Below are positions 1-11,866 of a stretch of 55,294 nt of DNA, one piece after another. Below the pieces are notes generated by a model. That model did not search any database. It was not told the DNA's origin and was given only the letters and a program-made list of their open reading frames with translations. Made by a program: the position numbers and the translations under genes. Position 1 is the first letter of the stretch, and each line of letters begins with the position of its first letter. The stretch lies in assembly GCA_000388065.2 (NCBI GenBank), contig KB932203.1. One strand, given 5' to 3'. The stretch comes from Fonticula alba ATCC 38817. Taxonomy: Eukaryota > Protista > Nucleariida.

Positions 1-2981
1 CCCCCCCCCCCCCTTGCCGGCCCTTCGTCCGGGGCACGTATCTGCACGCGCGCACACGCGCATAGGAACGTCTCCTGGGCCGACGGGGGCTTGGGCGCGC
101 GCGCGCGCGCGTGCCGCGCACCGCGCGAGGACTCGACCACTCCCCGGTATGGGGAAATCTAAGTGCCCAGTTGAGCGGCTGGCGCGAGCGAGCCAAGGGC
201 GGCGACTTTTTTTTCAGGCCGGCCGGCCGCGCAGGGGCAGCCGATGTGGGGGTGCTGACGCCCCTTGGCCGAACGCCGAGGGCGGGTCGGGCGGGGGGGC
301 GGGGGGAAAGGAGGGCAGCGTTGTTATTTTCACCCTGGCGAGTGAGTCGGGTCTCCACCCCCCGTCCCCCCCCCCCCCCCGCAGGCTGGCCCAGGCAACT
401 GGCGCGGGGGGAAGGAACTCCAGCCGAAGGCATGCCGGACGCCGGACCCGGAGCTCGTGTACGCCAACAGGCGGGCCGTGCCGTCGGGCGGACTGGCTCG
501 GCCGGTGGGGGGCGCTCGTTCGCACCCATATCGTGGTCAGTGGAGGGCCCGAGGCCGGCCAGCGACGGATGGGGCCCGACGGGCCGGGCGCCCTGCACAC
601 GGTACCGTCGGAGATCGGCCGCCGTCGCTCCTCTACCCCCCGTTCCGCCGCTTCCCCCCCCCCCCCCGCCGGGCCCATGGGAGGGAGGCGTGTGCTCCTG
701 TGTGCGTGCCTGGCGAGCGCAGTCCCGGCACGATCGGGTCGCTCTTGGCGGGAATGCCGGCGCGCGGGGGAGCAAGCGAATAACAGAAAAAAAGAGCGCA
801 CCGCAGCGGAGGGGAATTTTGCCATGGATTTTGGCCTCGCTCTTCGCAGATCGCCAGCTGCTCGCCTCCCAGGCCGGGCCTGCTGTCGCCGGCTGGCTCG
901 GGTGTGCGGCGTGCGTGCGTGTGTGACGGGGGACTCGCGCTGTGTTGTGCCGGGCATCGCCCGTGCGTTTTTTCGGGGCCTCGCGTCTTTGCAGCTCGCG
1001 TCCCCCGGACCGGGGCAGGGGAGGGGAGAGAGAGAGAGAGAGGGGGAGAGACACCTGGCGGCGGTGTGGGCACAGCCGGCACCGAAGGGCTCCGGCATTT
1101 TTTCCGGCCCCCGCCGGGGGGGGGGGGGGGGGGGGGCCAGGCCGCGCGGCTTCCCCTGAGCGCGGGAGGCCGGNNNNNNNNNNGGCCGCGCGGCTTCCCC
1201 TGAGCGCGGGAGGCCGGTCGCGACGCCGGCCAGCCAGTCTGCTCACCGGCCGGACGGGGGAGGCCAAGGTCGTCGGCCTGGGTGGGCGGCGCGCGCCTGG
1301 GCAGGGGCGCGGACCAGCCTGGGACCCGGGGGGGGGGGGCCTGACAGGCGACCGGGGGGGGGGGCTGCGCGCGCCGGGGACCTTCCCGCGGGGGGGGCCC
1401 GGTGGATTTCCCCCCGCCCGGCCCCCCCCCCCCCCCCCACCCCCGGTCGCCAGATCGGCGGATGCACCAAGGGGGTGTCCGGGGGAGCCGGAAGGTCGCG
1501 ATAAATTCCTCCCCCCCTCCCCCCCCCCCCGCCCTCAGCACTGAGGCGCCAGGGACAATGAGACACCGAGCAAGGGCGGCCGCGGACGGAACAGCGAAAG
1601 CTGGTGTGGAACGAAGCACGCATGGGGCTCGTGGGGGCCGGAACAGAGTATCACTGGCCTCGGTTGCGGGCGTGTGCCAGTTCTCGGAAAAACGACCGGC
1701 CCGTCTCGAGGCCGGTCTTAAGCCGGCTCACCAGGCCCAGCACACCCCTCACCCTCCCCCCCCCCCCCGGCAGGAGCACAGGGGGACCGGGGGCATCTGG
1801 CTCCGGGGCTCGTACTCACCGGGCACGGAAATGAGCCATGCAGCCGCGGTGCTTGGGCGTGGGGCGCTGTACCCGCCCCTCCCCCCCTCCCCGTCGCCCC
1901 GCACCCCGGAGGACGGCAGGGGCGCGGGGTGCGAGGACAGGTTCCCCGGCAGGTCGTCGTGCGCCCCTGGGTCGGCAAACCACTCTCCCCCTGGGCCCCG
2001 CGGCCTGGGGCCCGGCGAACGGGGGTACCACACACGCACACACACACACACACACACACACGGACCCCGGCGCAGACCACGACGGGTGATCGGACCCCCT
2101 CTTCCGGGCCCCGGGCCGGGGGCGCGGACGCCAGGGCCAAAGGGGGAGCAAGGCGTGGCCCCGCCTGCCAACCGCGTTCGGCCTGCCATCAGCCGGCCTG
2201 CCAGGGCGCCCCCGCGCCGCCGCGGGCAGGAGGGGGGGGGGACATTCACGGCGGCATCCGAGCGCGCGCACACCAATGCATGCGCATACACACCCACACA
2301 CCCAACCCCGGCGGACTGTCGAGAGTGAGGGGTCCAATATCCCCCAAGGGGCGCCTGCTGGCGCCCCGGGCCGCGAAGGCGACCGGACGCATACAACCGC
2401 GCGGGGCCCGGGGGCCGCGCGCACTCGCAAACACTGCGGCCCAGCACACAGGCGCACAGGCGCACAGGCGCACGCACATGCATGCCGGCGTCCTGGCGAA
2501 CAGGGAAGCCATGAAAACAATGGGACGGGGGGGCCTCCCAAGCGAGCGCAACAATTCGCCCCCCCCCTCCCGCCGCCCCGCGCCGGGTGCAGGGGCGCAG
2601 GCGCGAGGGAGGCCGGGGGACAAGATAGCTGGTCCTCGGCCCCCTTGCGCCCCCGGCTGTCCCTCCTGTCGCCCTGTACGCACACGGTGGCCAGCAAACA
2701 TGCCGCGGGCCTCCACGCGTCCTCTGGAGCCGGTGTTTCAGGGATCCTTGTCGATGTGAAGATCGTTGGCCTCCTGGCGCCCGGGGCGGCCGGGAACGGG
2801 AGCGGGGGGGGGGGGCAAGGAGCGGGAACTGCCGGCTTTTAGCATGCGCCGGATGCCGATGGACACGGCCAAGTGGAATGCGCAAAGTAGTAGAATGAGC
2901 TCACCAGTTGCCCGGGCCCCGCGGAGGCGCCCTTCGGCTGGGGAACAGGCCAGCGGCATGCGGGGCATGTAAACACCCGGC

Positions 2982-2985
<4 letters not shown>

Positions 2986-3028
<43 letters not shown>
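2986..3028. repeat. (GT)n microsatellite
   Basis: Read directly from the sequence. Confidence 0.95.
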
Positions 3029-3031
<3 letters not shown>

Positions 3032-5411
3032 ACGCCGGCCAGGGAGACGGGCATCAGCCGCGCCCGGGAGGACACAGCCAGGCGAGGGGGCGTGCGGCGA
3101 AAATCCGGGCGAAAATAATAGCCACCACATAAAAAACCCCTCAGAAGGGAGCGAGACGGCTCGGGATGCGAACCCGCGCGGCACCTGGTGTTTGTGCCCG
3201 ACGACCACGGAGCAACGCCCCAGGCCAATCCGCCCCCCCCCCCCCCCCGGCCGTCTTGCCGGGTATTCCCACGAGCCGCCAAGGGGCCGGCACCCTTCGC
3301 CCCCCTCTTCCCCGCTGGTGGGGCAAGAGAGAGGGGCCCGGAGGCCACCCTTAAAGTCGCCGACCACACACGCAGGGGGCGGGGGGGGGGGGGGGCATTG
3401 GCTGACGGCCTTGCCCCGCCCCCCCGCGCGTTCGGGCCCCGAGCGCGAGGGCTGGCCCTCTGCCGTGAGCGCGCCCCGTTTGCGTGTGCCGGGGTGTCTG
3501 GCGACCGGTTCGCGCGCGCCAGGGAAGAAGGCCCCCGCGCTGCTCCGGCCCGGGAGCCGGAGCGGACCCGGGGGAGGGCGTCTGCCCGCCAGCATTCGTT
3601 AAATGTGGCGAACTCCCCTGGCCCGCCTTGGCGGCGGGGGCTGCCGGCAAGCGCCCCCCCCCCCTTCCCGCCGCCCCCCAGCATCCTGTCCCTCACCAGC
3701 TGGTGGTCGCCGGCCAACGGGCGGGCCTCGGCCTGGGGAGAAACACCTGGGCCGAGGTTTTGGCCGCCCCGCTGGCGCCTCGTCCGCTCGCCCCCCGAAC
3801 ACAAGACGAGGAGCGGGGGGGGGGGGCCGGAAGGCCGAGGGAAGGGACAACGTCTGACGCCCGTTGTGAGGCAGAGGGGCGCGGTACTACACTCGGCTCG
3901 CGTTGCCAGCCTCTGATCGGGGATGCGCGCCCGCTCAGGGGCGAGCTCTCGCCCCGGGGCCACCAGGCCTGGAGTCATCCATTGTCGCCTGTTGACCGGA
4001 ATCCGGCGAACAGCGGGCGACGGGCTCTCCCCGCCTCGGGCCTCAGGGTGCGAACTCCGACGAGGGCGGCGCCCGGGCGGGACGGGCCGGCCCCGGGCAC
4101 TGCCGAGAGGCAGTTGTCAAGCCGCCCCCCCGCCCCCCCCCGTCTCCCTCATGTTGATGCAGCACCCCCGCCTGCAGGTGTGCGCGTGCGTGCGTGTGTA
4201 AGAATGGGAGACGATGCGCGGCGATCGGCCGCCACAGGGGGCAGGGCATTAATTCCCCCCCCCCCCCCGTGCCCGCCAAGAAGGGCGCCCCGGGGCCGCG
4301 GGACGCCAGCAGCCGCCACGCCGAGGGGGGGCTGCACCGCCGGGAGCCGCTCGCGACTTCACCACCCACAGACGGGGGAACATCCCCCTGAGGCCGGAGG
4401 GGGCCGGGCCACTGGCGTGTGCTCGCAGCGCATTCCTCCGCGCCCGGTCCCTCTCCCCCGCTTGGGGGCCGAGAATGTCCCTGCCGACCGCGGGGCCCGG
4501 ACGGGGGGAGGCCGGGGCCGGGGCTAGAGGCGCGAGGCCACCCGCTCCCACTTGCTTCGCGGGCGGATTGTCTCGCAGGGGACGCATGCTGGCGAACAAA
4601 CACGCACACCCGCACTCTCTGGCACACGCATCCCTGGCGCGGGCGGGGGCGGCATCCTCCCGGATGGGCCCACATCGGGCCCAGCGCCCCCTCTTCCTGC
4701 CCGCCAGACAGTGGGGGGTTGGCGGCGCCAAGCGGCCGGGAGATGCTAATGTGCCCCTGCCCCCGGCAGCGGCACCGACCCCCCGCTCCCCCCCCCCCCC
4801 CCCCCCCCCCCCCCCGAGCGTCCCGCCACGCCCTCGCCGCTCCCCGAGCGGTGGCACGGATGACGAGGATGTCACCGGGCCGGTCCGAGCCGACCTGGGT
4901 TGGTCCGGACCGCGGGCCGGCGCTCGGCCCTGCGGGGACATCCTCCCCCCGCCCCTCCTCGGGCGACCATGTATCGGCCTGGCGCGTGTGATGCAATTCC
5001 CGGCGCGGTGCTTCTCGCGCTTGCACGCCAAAGCCCCAGCGCCCCCCAGCCCGGGCGGGTGGCCTCCCGGCGGCCCGCAATACACAAACACAAACACATC
5101 CCAGACACACACACACACACACACCCACCCACCCAGGCGCACACCTACACCCGCCCGGGTAGACATGCCCGCCCCGCCCCGCAGCCGGCCTCCGGCAAGT
5201 ATGCGTTCCGCCCCCTGTCCGGCCCCCCTGGCCGCGCGAGTCTCCGTGTCCAGGGGCGCATTGCCCCCTCCCCCCTCCATGCTGAGGGTGAGGGAAAGAG
5301 GCCAGAGGAGCCCCAAGCCCCCAGCTGTGGCCCCCAGCACCCAAGGAGCTAGCGCCCGGGGAGGGGGGGAGGGCGGCTGGTCGCGCCCCTGAGGAGCGGT
5401 GCCGGCGCTCT

Positions 5412-5419
<8 letters not shown>

Positions 5420-5456
<37 letters not shown>
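5420..5456. repeat. (CT)n microsatellite upstream of PKA-R
   Basis: Read directly from the sequence. Confidence 0.95.
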
Positions 5457-5459
<3 letters not shown>

Positions 5460-5799
5460 CGCTGAAGAGCGGCCCCCTCTAGTTGCACGTGTCGCCAGGC
5501 CCAACACAAAGAACTCTCTCCCCCACCACCCTCCTCCCATCCTTCCCATCTCTCCCTTACCCATCCAGTGTCCGCGCCCTCATCGCCCCCCCTCCCCCCG
5601 TCCACCCTTCCCCCCCCCCCGTCCACCCCTCTCGTCTCTGGCCCACTGTTCGTGTGCTGCCCGTTTCGCCCTCTCCTCCGCTCCCCCTCGCGGCCAATCG
5701 CCCCCTGACACCCTTCTCGCCCTCTTTTCCGCGGTCCCCCTCCCCTGCGCGCGCGCGCGCGCACACACACGCACATACAGTGGAGTCTGTTCTATCACC

Positions 5800-8638
5800 A
5801 TGTCCGGCCCCACCAACGCCTCTCAGCCGACCGCCGTCGGCGCGGCTGAGGACAACAACCTCCAGTCGCTTAAGGACTACCTCTCGATGCACCAGCTTGA
5901 GCCCCTGCTGAACGTGCGCCCCGGGCCCTGCCTCCTGCCCACTTTGCCGCTGCCTGCCACTGGCCCCCGCCCCCCCCCCCGGGTCCTCGCCGCTGCTTTC
6001 CCCTAACTGCTTTGAGCTGCCTCTGCATGTCACTCCGGCGCGCAGCACCTCATGACCGTGGTCCTGTTCCACCGTCCGGAGGACCCGCTGCTCTTCATGA
6101 GCCATGCCCTCAAGGAGGCCTACGATGTCCTGGCTGCTTCCGGCAAGAAGACCCTTGAGCCGGCTGCCGCGGTACGCACGCACGCACGCGCGCGCTTTCT
6201 CGTCTTTCTCTCTCCCCCCCAATGCGCACTTGTGCTTCGCCATGCCCTTTGTCGCCCCTTCCCCCCCCCCTCTCCCCGGGCCATGTCTCATCCCTCCCCA
6301 CCCCCCGCCCCTCATCCAGGCCGCCCTCTTCAACGAGTCCATCTCTCGCTACATGAACAAGTCTGCCANNNNNNNNNNNNNNNNNNNNNNNNNNNNNNNN
6401 NNNNNNNCCCCCCCTCTCCGGGCCCCCCTCCCCAGCCACTCCCACCTCCCGTGATAGCGCCTCCGTCGACCCGAGCGCCTCGGCCTCCACCCAGTCCACC
6501 GTCCAGTCGGCCATCGACCCGTCGGTCACTCCGGACGCCCTGCGCGAGCGCCTCCAGAGCCAGCTCGGTGTCAACTACCACATGCGCCGGCGTGGGTCCG
6601 TCAGTGCCGAATCCATGAACCCCACTGACCTGGACAATGTCGAGCGTGTGGTCATTGCCAAGAGGTGTGTTGCTCCTCCTCCTCCCTCGGCACCTTTTCT
6701 GTGCCTCCCTTTTCCCTTCTCCCCTCCTCCGCCCCTCTATGTCTCCCTCTCTCCCTGTCCCTCTCCCTCCCCTTCCCCTGGCTCGCTCTCTCGCTCGCTC
6801 GCAAGCGCACTCCACCGAGAATCTAATCCTCCCTCCCCTCCCACAGCCAAGAGGCCCGCATCCAGATCGCCATCGCCATCTCCGGCAACTTGCTTTTCCG
6901 GAACCTGGATCGCCTCCCTTTTCCCTTCTCCCCTCCTCCGCCCCTCTATGTCTCCCTCTCTCCCTGTCCCTCTCCCTCCCCTTCCCCTGGCTCGCTCTCT
7001 CGCTCGCTCGCAAGCGCACTCCACCGAGAATCTAATCCTCCCTCCCCTCCCACAGCCAAGAGGCCCGCATCCAGATCGCCATCGCCATCTCCGGCAACTT
7101 GCTTTTCCGGAACCTGGATCGCGACCAGAAGCAGGAGGTCGTGGACGCCATGTTCGAGCGCCGCGTCACCGCCGGCGAGGAGGTCATCCGCCAGGGCGAC
7201 GAGGGTGACAACTTCTACGTCGTGTCCGAGGGCACCTTCGCCGTGCTGATTGACGGCCGCCAGGTGGTGGAGATCGGCAAGTCCGGCAGCTTCGGCGAGC
7301 TGGCCCTCATGTACAACACCCCGCGCGCGGCCACCATTCGGGCCCAGACCGATGGTGTCCTGTGGGCCGTCGATCGTGTGACCTTCCGCCGGATCATCAT
7401 GAACAACACCTTCCGCAAGCGCAAGATGTATGAGACCTTCATCGCCAGTGTGCCGATCCTCCAGTCGCTGGAGACCAGCGAGCGCATCAAGATCGCCGAC
7501 GCCCTGGAGCCTGTGCATTTCGAGGATGGCGAGGAGATCAGTGCGTGCCTGGCTTCTTCGCTGCTTCACGTCGCTTCTCCCGTGTCGCGCCTGGCCCCGT
7601 GTGCCCCTTCCCTCTTCTCTGCCTCTCTCTCTCTCTGCCTCTCTCTCCCCCTCCGGTGACAGCTGGGTGCCACCGGGCAGGGCCCTTCTCCCTCGCTCTT
7701 TCCCCTCCCCTCTCACATTGCGCGGGCCTCCTCCTTCCGAACCCCTAACCCCTCCGTGCCTGCCTGGTGCCTTGCCCCCTCCCCGCGCTCTCGCTCCTGC
7801 TCCTCAGTCGGCGAGGGCACCTTCGGTGACACTTTCTACATCATCGTCGAGGGCGAGGCCGTCGTCACCAAGACCGTTCAGCCGGGCCAGGCCGCCGCCA
7901 CCAGCAGCGAGGAGGGCCAGGAGGGCTCCAGCGCGTCTGGGTCTGCTACCTCTTCCAGCGCCGGCAACAAGTCCTCGGCCGATGGCGGCGCGGAGGACGG
8001 TGCCAGTGACTCGGACTGCTCGGACTCCTCCGACGCCGATGATGACTCCAACACCGTCATCGTCAACCACCTGGCCAAGGGCGACTACTTCGGCGAGCTG
8101 GCCCTCCTGACTGATCAGCCGCGCGCGGCCACCGTCACCGCCCAGGGGTCGGTGGAGTGTGTGTGCCTGGACCGCCGTGGTGCGTTGACCATTTCCCCCC
8201 TGGTGTTTCTCGCGCACATGCATCCGCCTGATGGCCATCCATCCATCCATCCATCCATCCATCCATCTATCTGCCTATCTACCCACTCGCTCGCCCACTC
8301 ACCCATTCGTTGACCGTCGCTCCCCTCGCTCCGGAACCCCAGCTTTCATCCGTCTCCTTGGCCCCCTCACCAGCATCCTCAAGCGCAATGCCGAGACCTA
8401 CCAGCGCTACACCAAGAACCTCGAGAGCCACCACGTCATCACCGACGAGCATGACGATCACTCGGTCATCGATGACATCTCGGCCAGCTCCTCGGTTCCC
8501 TCCTCGCCGGCTCTGGCCCATGCCCCGGCTCCCACCTACAACGTCACCGAGGAGCAGGAGATGGATGATGATGACGATGATGATGACGACGACGACGACG
8601 ACACCAGCAGCAAGGACAATGGGGACGCCAGCTCCTAA
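5800..8638 (+). CDS. PKAR: cAMP-dependent protein kinase regulatory subunit (D/D domain, inhibitor site, CNB-A, CNB-B), 7 exons
   Basis: Exons 5800-5913, 6046-6171, 6320-~6368 (donor lost in N gap), ~6437-6664, 7056-7540, 7808-8179 and 8343-8638 join in phase through GT-AG introns. The D/D-like segment is [31 protein letters not shown] and the inhibitor site is RRGSVSAES. Both phosphate-binding cassettes are intact: [18 protein letters not shown] and [18 protein letters not shown]. Stop TAA at 8636-8638. Confidence 0.95.
6704..7121. repeat. Exact 209-bp tandem duplication spanning a PKA-R intron 3' end and the first 66 nt of the next exon
   Basis: 6704-6912 appears identical to 6913-7121; the CCACAG acceptor occurs at both 6841-6846 and 7050-7055. 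Confidence 0.9.
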
Positions 8639-9574
8639 GGACGCATCGCGCTCGATCCGCGCGTGCGCCCCCCCCCCCCCCCCCCCCCCCNNNNNNNNNN
8701 NNNNNNNNNNNNNNNNNNNNNNNNNNNNNNNNNNNNNNNNNNNNNNNNNNNNNNNNNNNNNNNNNNNNNNNNNNNNNNNNNNNNNNNNNNNNNNNNNNNN
8801 NNNNNNNNNNNNNNNNNNNNNNNNNNNNNNNNNNNNNNNNNNNNNNNNNNNNNNNNNNNNNNNNNNNNNNNNNNNNNNNNNNNNNNNNNNNNNNNNNNNN
8901 NNNNNNNNNNNNNNNNNNNNNNNNNNNNNNNNNNNNNNNNNNNNNNNNNNNNNNNNNNNNNNNNNNNNNNNNNNNNNNNNCCCCCCTCTCTCTCTCTCTC
9001 TCTCTCGCTCTCCCCTTCCCGCTGGCCGCCTGCAGAGGGTGACCCCGTCCTTGTTTTTGCGGTGCTCCCCCATATGCGCGTGCCCCTCGCGCCTTGTGCC
9101 TACCCCCCTCCCGTCACCTCGGAGAGCATACACAAAGCTCCGCATATACATATACAGCCAAGTCAGTGTGCCCTCCTCCCCTGTCACCGTTACCGCCGCC
9201 ACCGCCGCCACCGCCACATATGCAGTGCTTTCTCTCTGTGAAGCGGCGGCTAGGTTCCCCTCCTCCCCCCCCCCCCCCCCAGACAGACGCATGTCCCCTT
9301 CACCCGGCGTGCTCGCGTCTGTTCCTGTGTAATACCAATACATCCAAAATCCCTCTTGCCCCCATCCCCCCCTCTCCCTCTCTTCCTCCCTCTCATTTTT
9401 GTCCCAACACATCGCGTGCGACTGGCCCCAAAGATCAGAGAGACACGGCGAGAGACCGGGGAAGCAAAGGCAGGCCCCTCCCCCCCCCCCCCCCCCCCCC
9501 CCGAATGTGTGTCGCCTATGTATTGGTGCGTGGGACGACCAGCAAAGCAGCCCCCCCCCCCACAGCTCCGACTT

Positions 9575-11866
9575 TCAACCAACGCCACCGACATAGCGAT
9601 CTTTGCCATGGGATTGGGTCGGCGTGTCCACATACCCCGGGATTTTGGCGTTGTTCGGCTGGCCGAATCTGCTGTAGGGGAACTTCGTTTCAAAGAGGCC
9701 GTTCACCTCGTAGCTCTGCTCGACGCCCTCCAAGTGGAAGGTGTTCCAATTCGGGTTGAAGTAGTCCAGATAGGTGATGCGGGCCGTCTGACCGAGGATT
9801 CCGTGCGGCTCGGTCTCCGGCTTCAGCAGCAGCGTCACATGGATGTTGATGTATGCCGGCCGGACCGGCACCCCGGGAGCGCCCCACGCCGGGGCCGCCT
9901 CGGCCACCCCCCTCGGCCCGTCTGCCCCTTCGCCGTCTGCCCCTTCGGCGGTCTCTTCCTCCTCTCGGTCACCGGCCGGGGGCGGTGGTGCCGGTGTGAG
10001 CATGAACCCGGGCAGCCGGTCCAGCGGCGGATCACCGAAGTCCTGGTCCTCCTCGAAGGGGTCCGAGTGGAGGATATCCTCCGGCAGGTCGCTATAGGGG
10101 GGCGGTTGCTGGAAGCCGCCGTCGCCGCCGCCGCCGTCGCCGCCGCGACCGTCCGGCCCTCGGCCCGGCTCCTCGAGCCATGTCAGGTCCATGCGCTCGC
10201 CGAAGGGGTCATCGTCGGTGTCCGCTTGGGAGGGCAGCGGGTGCAGTTGCTCCGACAGCAGGGGGGCATGTTGCTGGCTGCCGGCGGGGTCTTGGCGGCT
10301 GCTGGTGTCAGGTGGCAGCTCGGCCGCCATCGGGCCGAGGCCATAGTTCCGCGTGGATGCGGCCACCAGGTCGGCCCACTCGGCCTCGGTGAAGCCCTGG
10401 TCCCGGCGCTCGGGCTGGTCCTGGGCAACCGACCGACTGAGCCAAGTGATGGGGTTCTGCGGGATGACCCGGGCCACGACATTCCAGCTGTAGGCACGCA
10501 GCTTCACCTGCAGGGTCCCGGGTCCCGGGCCCACCAGCTGGTAGGCCAGGGTGATGAAGATGCTAAAGGTGTGGCGGCGCTCCTTGCGCGTGGCGATGAA
10601 CACCTGCTGCTCCACCATGATGGCCCCCTCGGGCAGGATGTCGAAGCCAATGAGGATGGGCGGGCGCCCGGGCGAGGGGTTCGGAATGACGGCCCCCAGC
10701 CGGCCGATGTAGGTCCCCCGCGAGCCGGGCAGCGAGATGAACCGGGCATTCAGGCTGAACAGGGAGTCGGTGATGATGTTGTACACCCCGCCGGGCCTGC
10801 CCAGGAAGTAGTATGTCCCGGTGCGGCCGAAGCCCCGGACCTCCGGGTCGTGGGCTACCGTCCCGGAGTAGGGCTCTCGCTGGGCATGGCACTCGTTGGA
10901 GCTTCGGCAGAGGAACCGAACCACGGCGGCCAGCTCGGAGTCGGTCAGCTGGCCGGCTGCATGGGCCAGCTCCGGCTCGTGTTGGCTGTGCTGGGAATCC
11001 CTGCCGTGGCCTGGGAGATGGACCGAATGCCGGTCATGGGCGGCCCGCGCCCGGCCGGCCAGCGCTAGCACATCCCCGAGGCAGGCAAACAGCGGATACC
11101 CGGAGGCATAGCAGACCGATGCCCGGGGGGCCAGCGAAAAGGTCGGTGCCTCGGGATTCGTCACGTCCCGCTGGAGGAGCTCCCCGACCAGGCCACGCCG
11201 GGCCATGGTCCGGCAGTAGCGCAGCCGCGCGAAGCACATTACTCGCGTATCGGGCCCGGGGCATTGGCAGGCCGCCCGCGAGGTGGTCCCCATGGCTGAC
11301 AGGGCTTCGAACACCGGGGGCGCGACCGGCCGAGCGGGCTGCACCGGCGCTCCGGCCGTGGCCGGCGTCCAGGCCCACACGGCAAGAAGCACCGCCAGGA
11401 AGAGGATCCACCTGGGCGGCGAGCTGTCAGCAGCACGACCAGGCCTCTCGAGCCCGGGCGGCGATCGTCCGGCAGCAGGGCCACCGGGGGCCGGGCTCGG
11501 GCGCCGGGGCCATGGGCCCTTCGGATCGCCTGGGGCCCCGGCGGCCAGCGTCACCAGCACCGGCACCTCGGGCGGCCGCGTGGCAGCCCCAGTCCCGGCA
11601 TGGCGGCCGGCGGGCAGCCCGGCGGGGGGCGGTGGCCCCGGTGCCGGCGATGGGAGCCGCCCTGGCAGCCCGACCAGCCGACAGTCGGAGGTCGGGTCGT
11701 CACGCCGCGCGGCCGGATCCGTGACAGTGCGCTGCAGGTGGGCCGGCCGGTGGATTTCCAGATCCGGCAAGCCCACGCCAAGCTGACGGTGCATGGTTAC
11801 CAGTGGGCCGGAGTGCACCGCTACCAGGGGGGGGGCAGGAGCGCGGCGACTTGCAGCCCGGTGCAA
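9575..11866 (-). CDS. Single-exon membrane-anchored or secreted protein with a root-cap / ITIH C-terminal / VWD-like domain
   Basis: The 763-aa ORF has a hydrophobic segment WILFLAVLLAVWAW and a Cys-containing region. It then has HDPEVRGFGRTGTYYFLGRPGGVYNIITDSLFSLNARF and, near the C-terminus, PHGILGQT...LEGVEQSYEVNGLFETKFPYSRF. These recall the DP(H/R)..G.G..F.F.G...+NA.F and HG+LGQT motifs of plant root-cap and ITIH C-terminal domains. The true start codon is uncertain. Confidence 0.6.
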   Translation of the reverse strand: MHRAASRRAPAPPLVAVHSGPLVTMHRQLGVGLPDLEIHRPAHLQRTVTDPAARRDDPTSDCRLVGLPGRLPSPAPGPPPPAGLPAGRHAGTGAATRPPEVPVLVTLAAGAPGDPKGPWPRRPSPAPGGPAAGRSPPGLERPGRAADSSPPRWILFLAVLLAVWAWTPATAGAPVQPARPVAPPVFEALSAMGTTSRAACQCPGPDTRVMCFARLRYCRTMARRGLVGELLQRDVTNPEAPTFSLAPRASVCYASGYPLFACLGDVLALAGRARAAHDRHSVHLPGHGRDSQHSQHEPELAHAAGQLTDSELAAVVRFLCRSSNECHAQREPYSGTVAHDPEVRGFGRTGTYYFLGRPGGVYNIITDSLFSLNARFISLPGSRGTYIGRLGAVIPNPSPGRPPILIGFDILPEGAIMVEQQVFIATRKERRHTFSIFITLAYQLVGPGPGTLQVKLRAYSWNVVARVIPQNPITWLSRSVAQDQPERRDQGFTEAEWADLVAASTRNYGLGPMAAELPPDTSSRQDPAGSQQHAPLLSEQLHPLPSQADTDDDPFGERMDLTWLEEPGRGPDGRGGDGGGGDGGFQQPPPYSDLPEDILHSDPFEEDQDFGDPPLDRLPGFMLTPAPPPPAGDREEEETAEGADGEGADGPRGVAEAAPAWGAPGVPVRPAYINIHVTLLLKPETEPHGILGQTARITYLDYFNPNWNTFHLEGVEQSYEVNGLFETKFPYSRFGQPNNAKIPGYVDTPTQSHGKDRYVGGVG

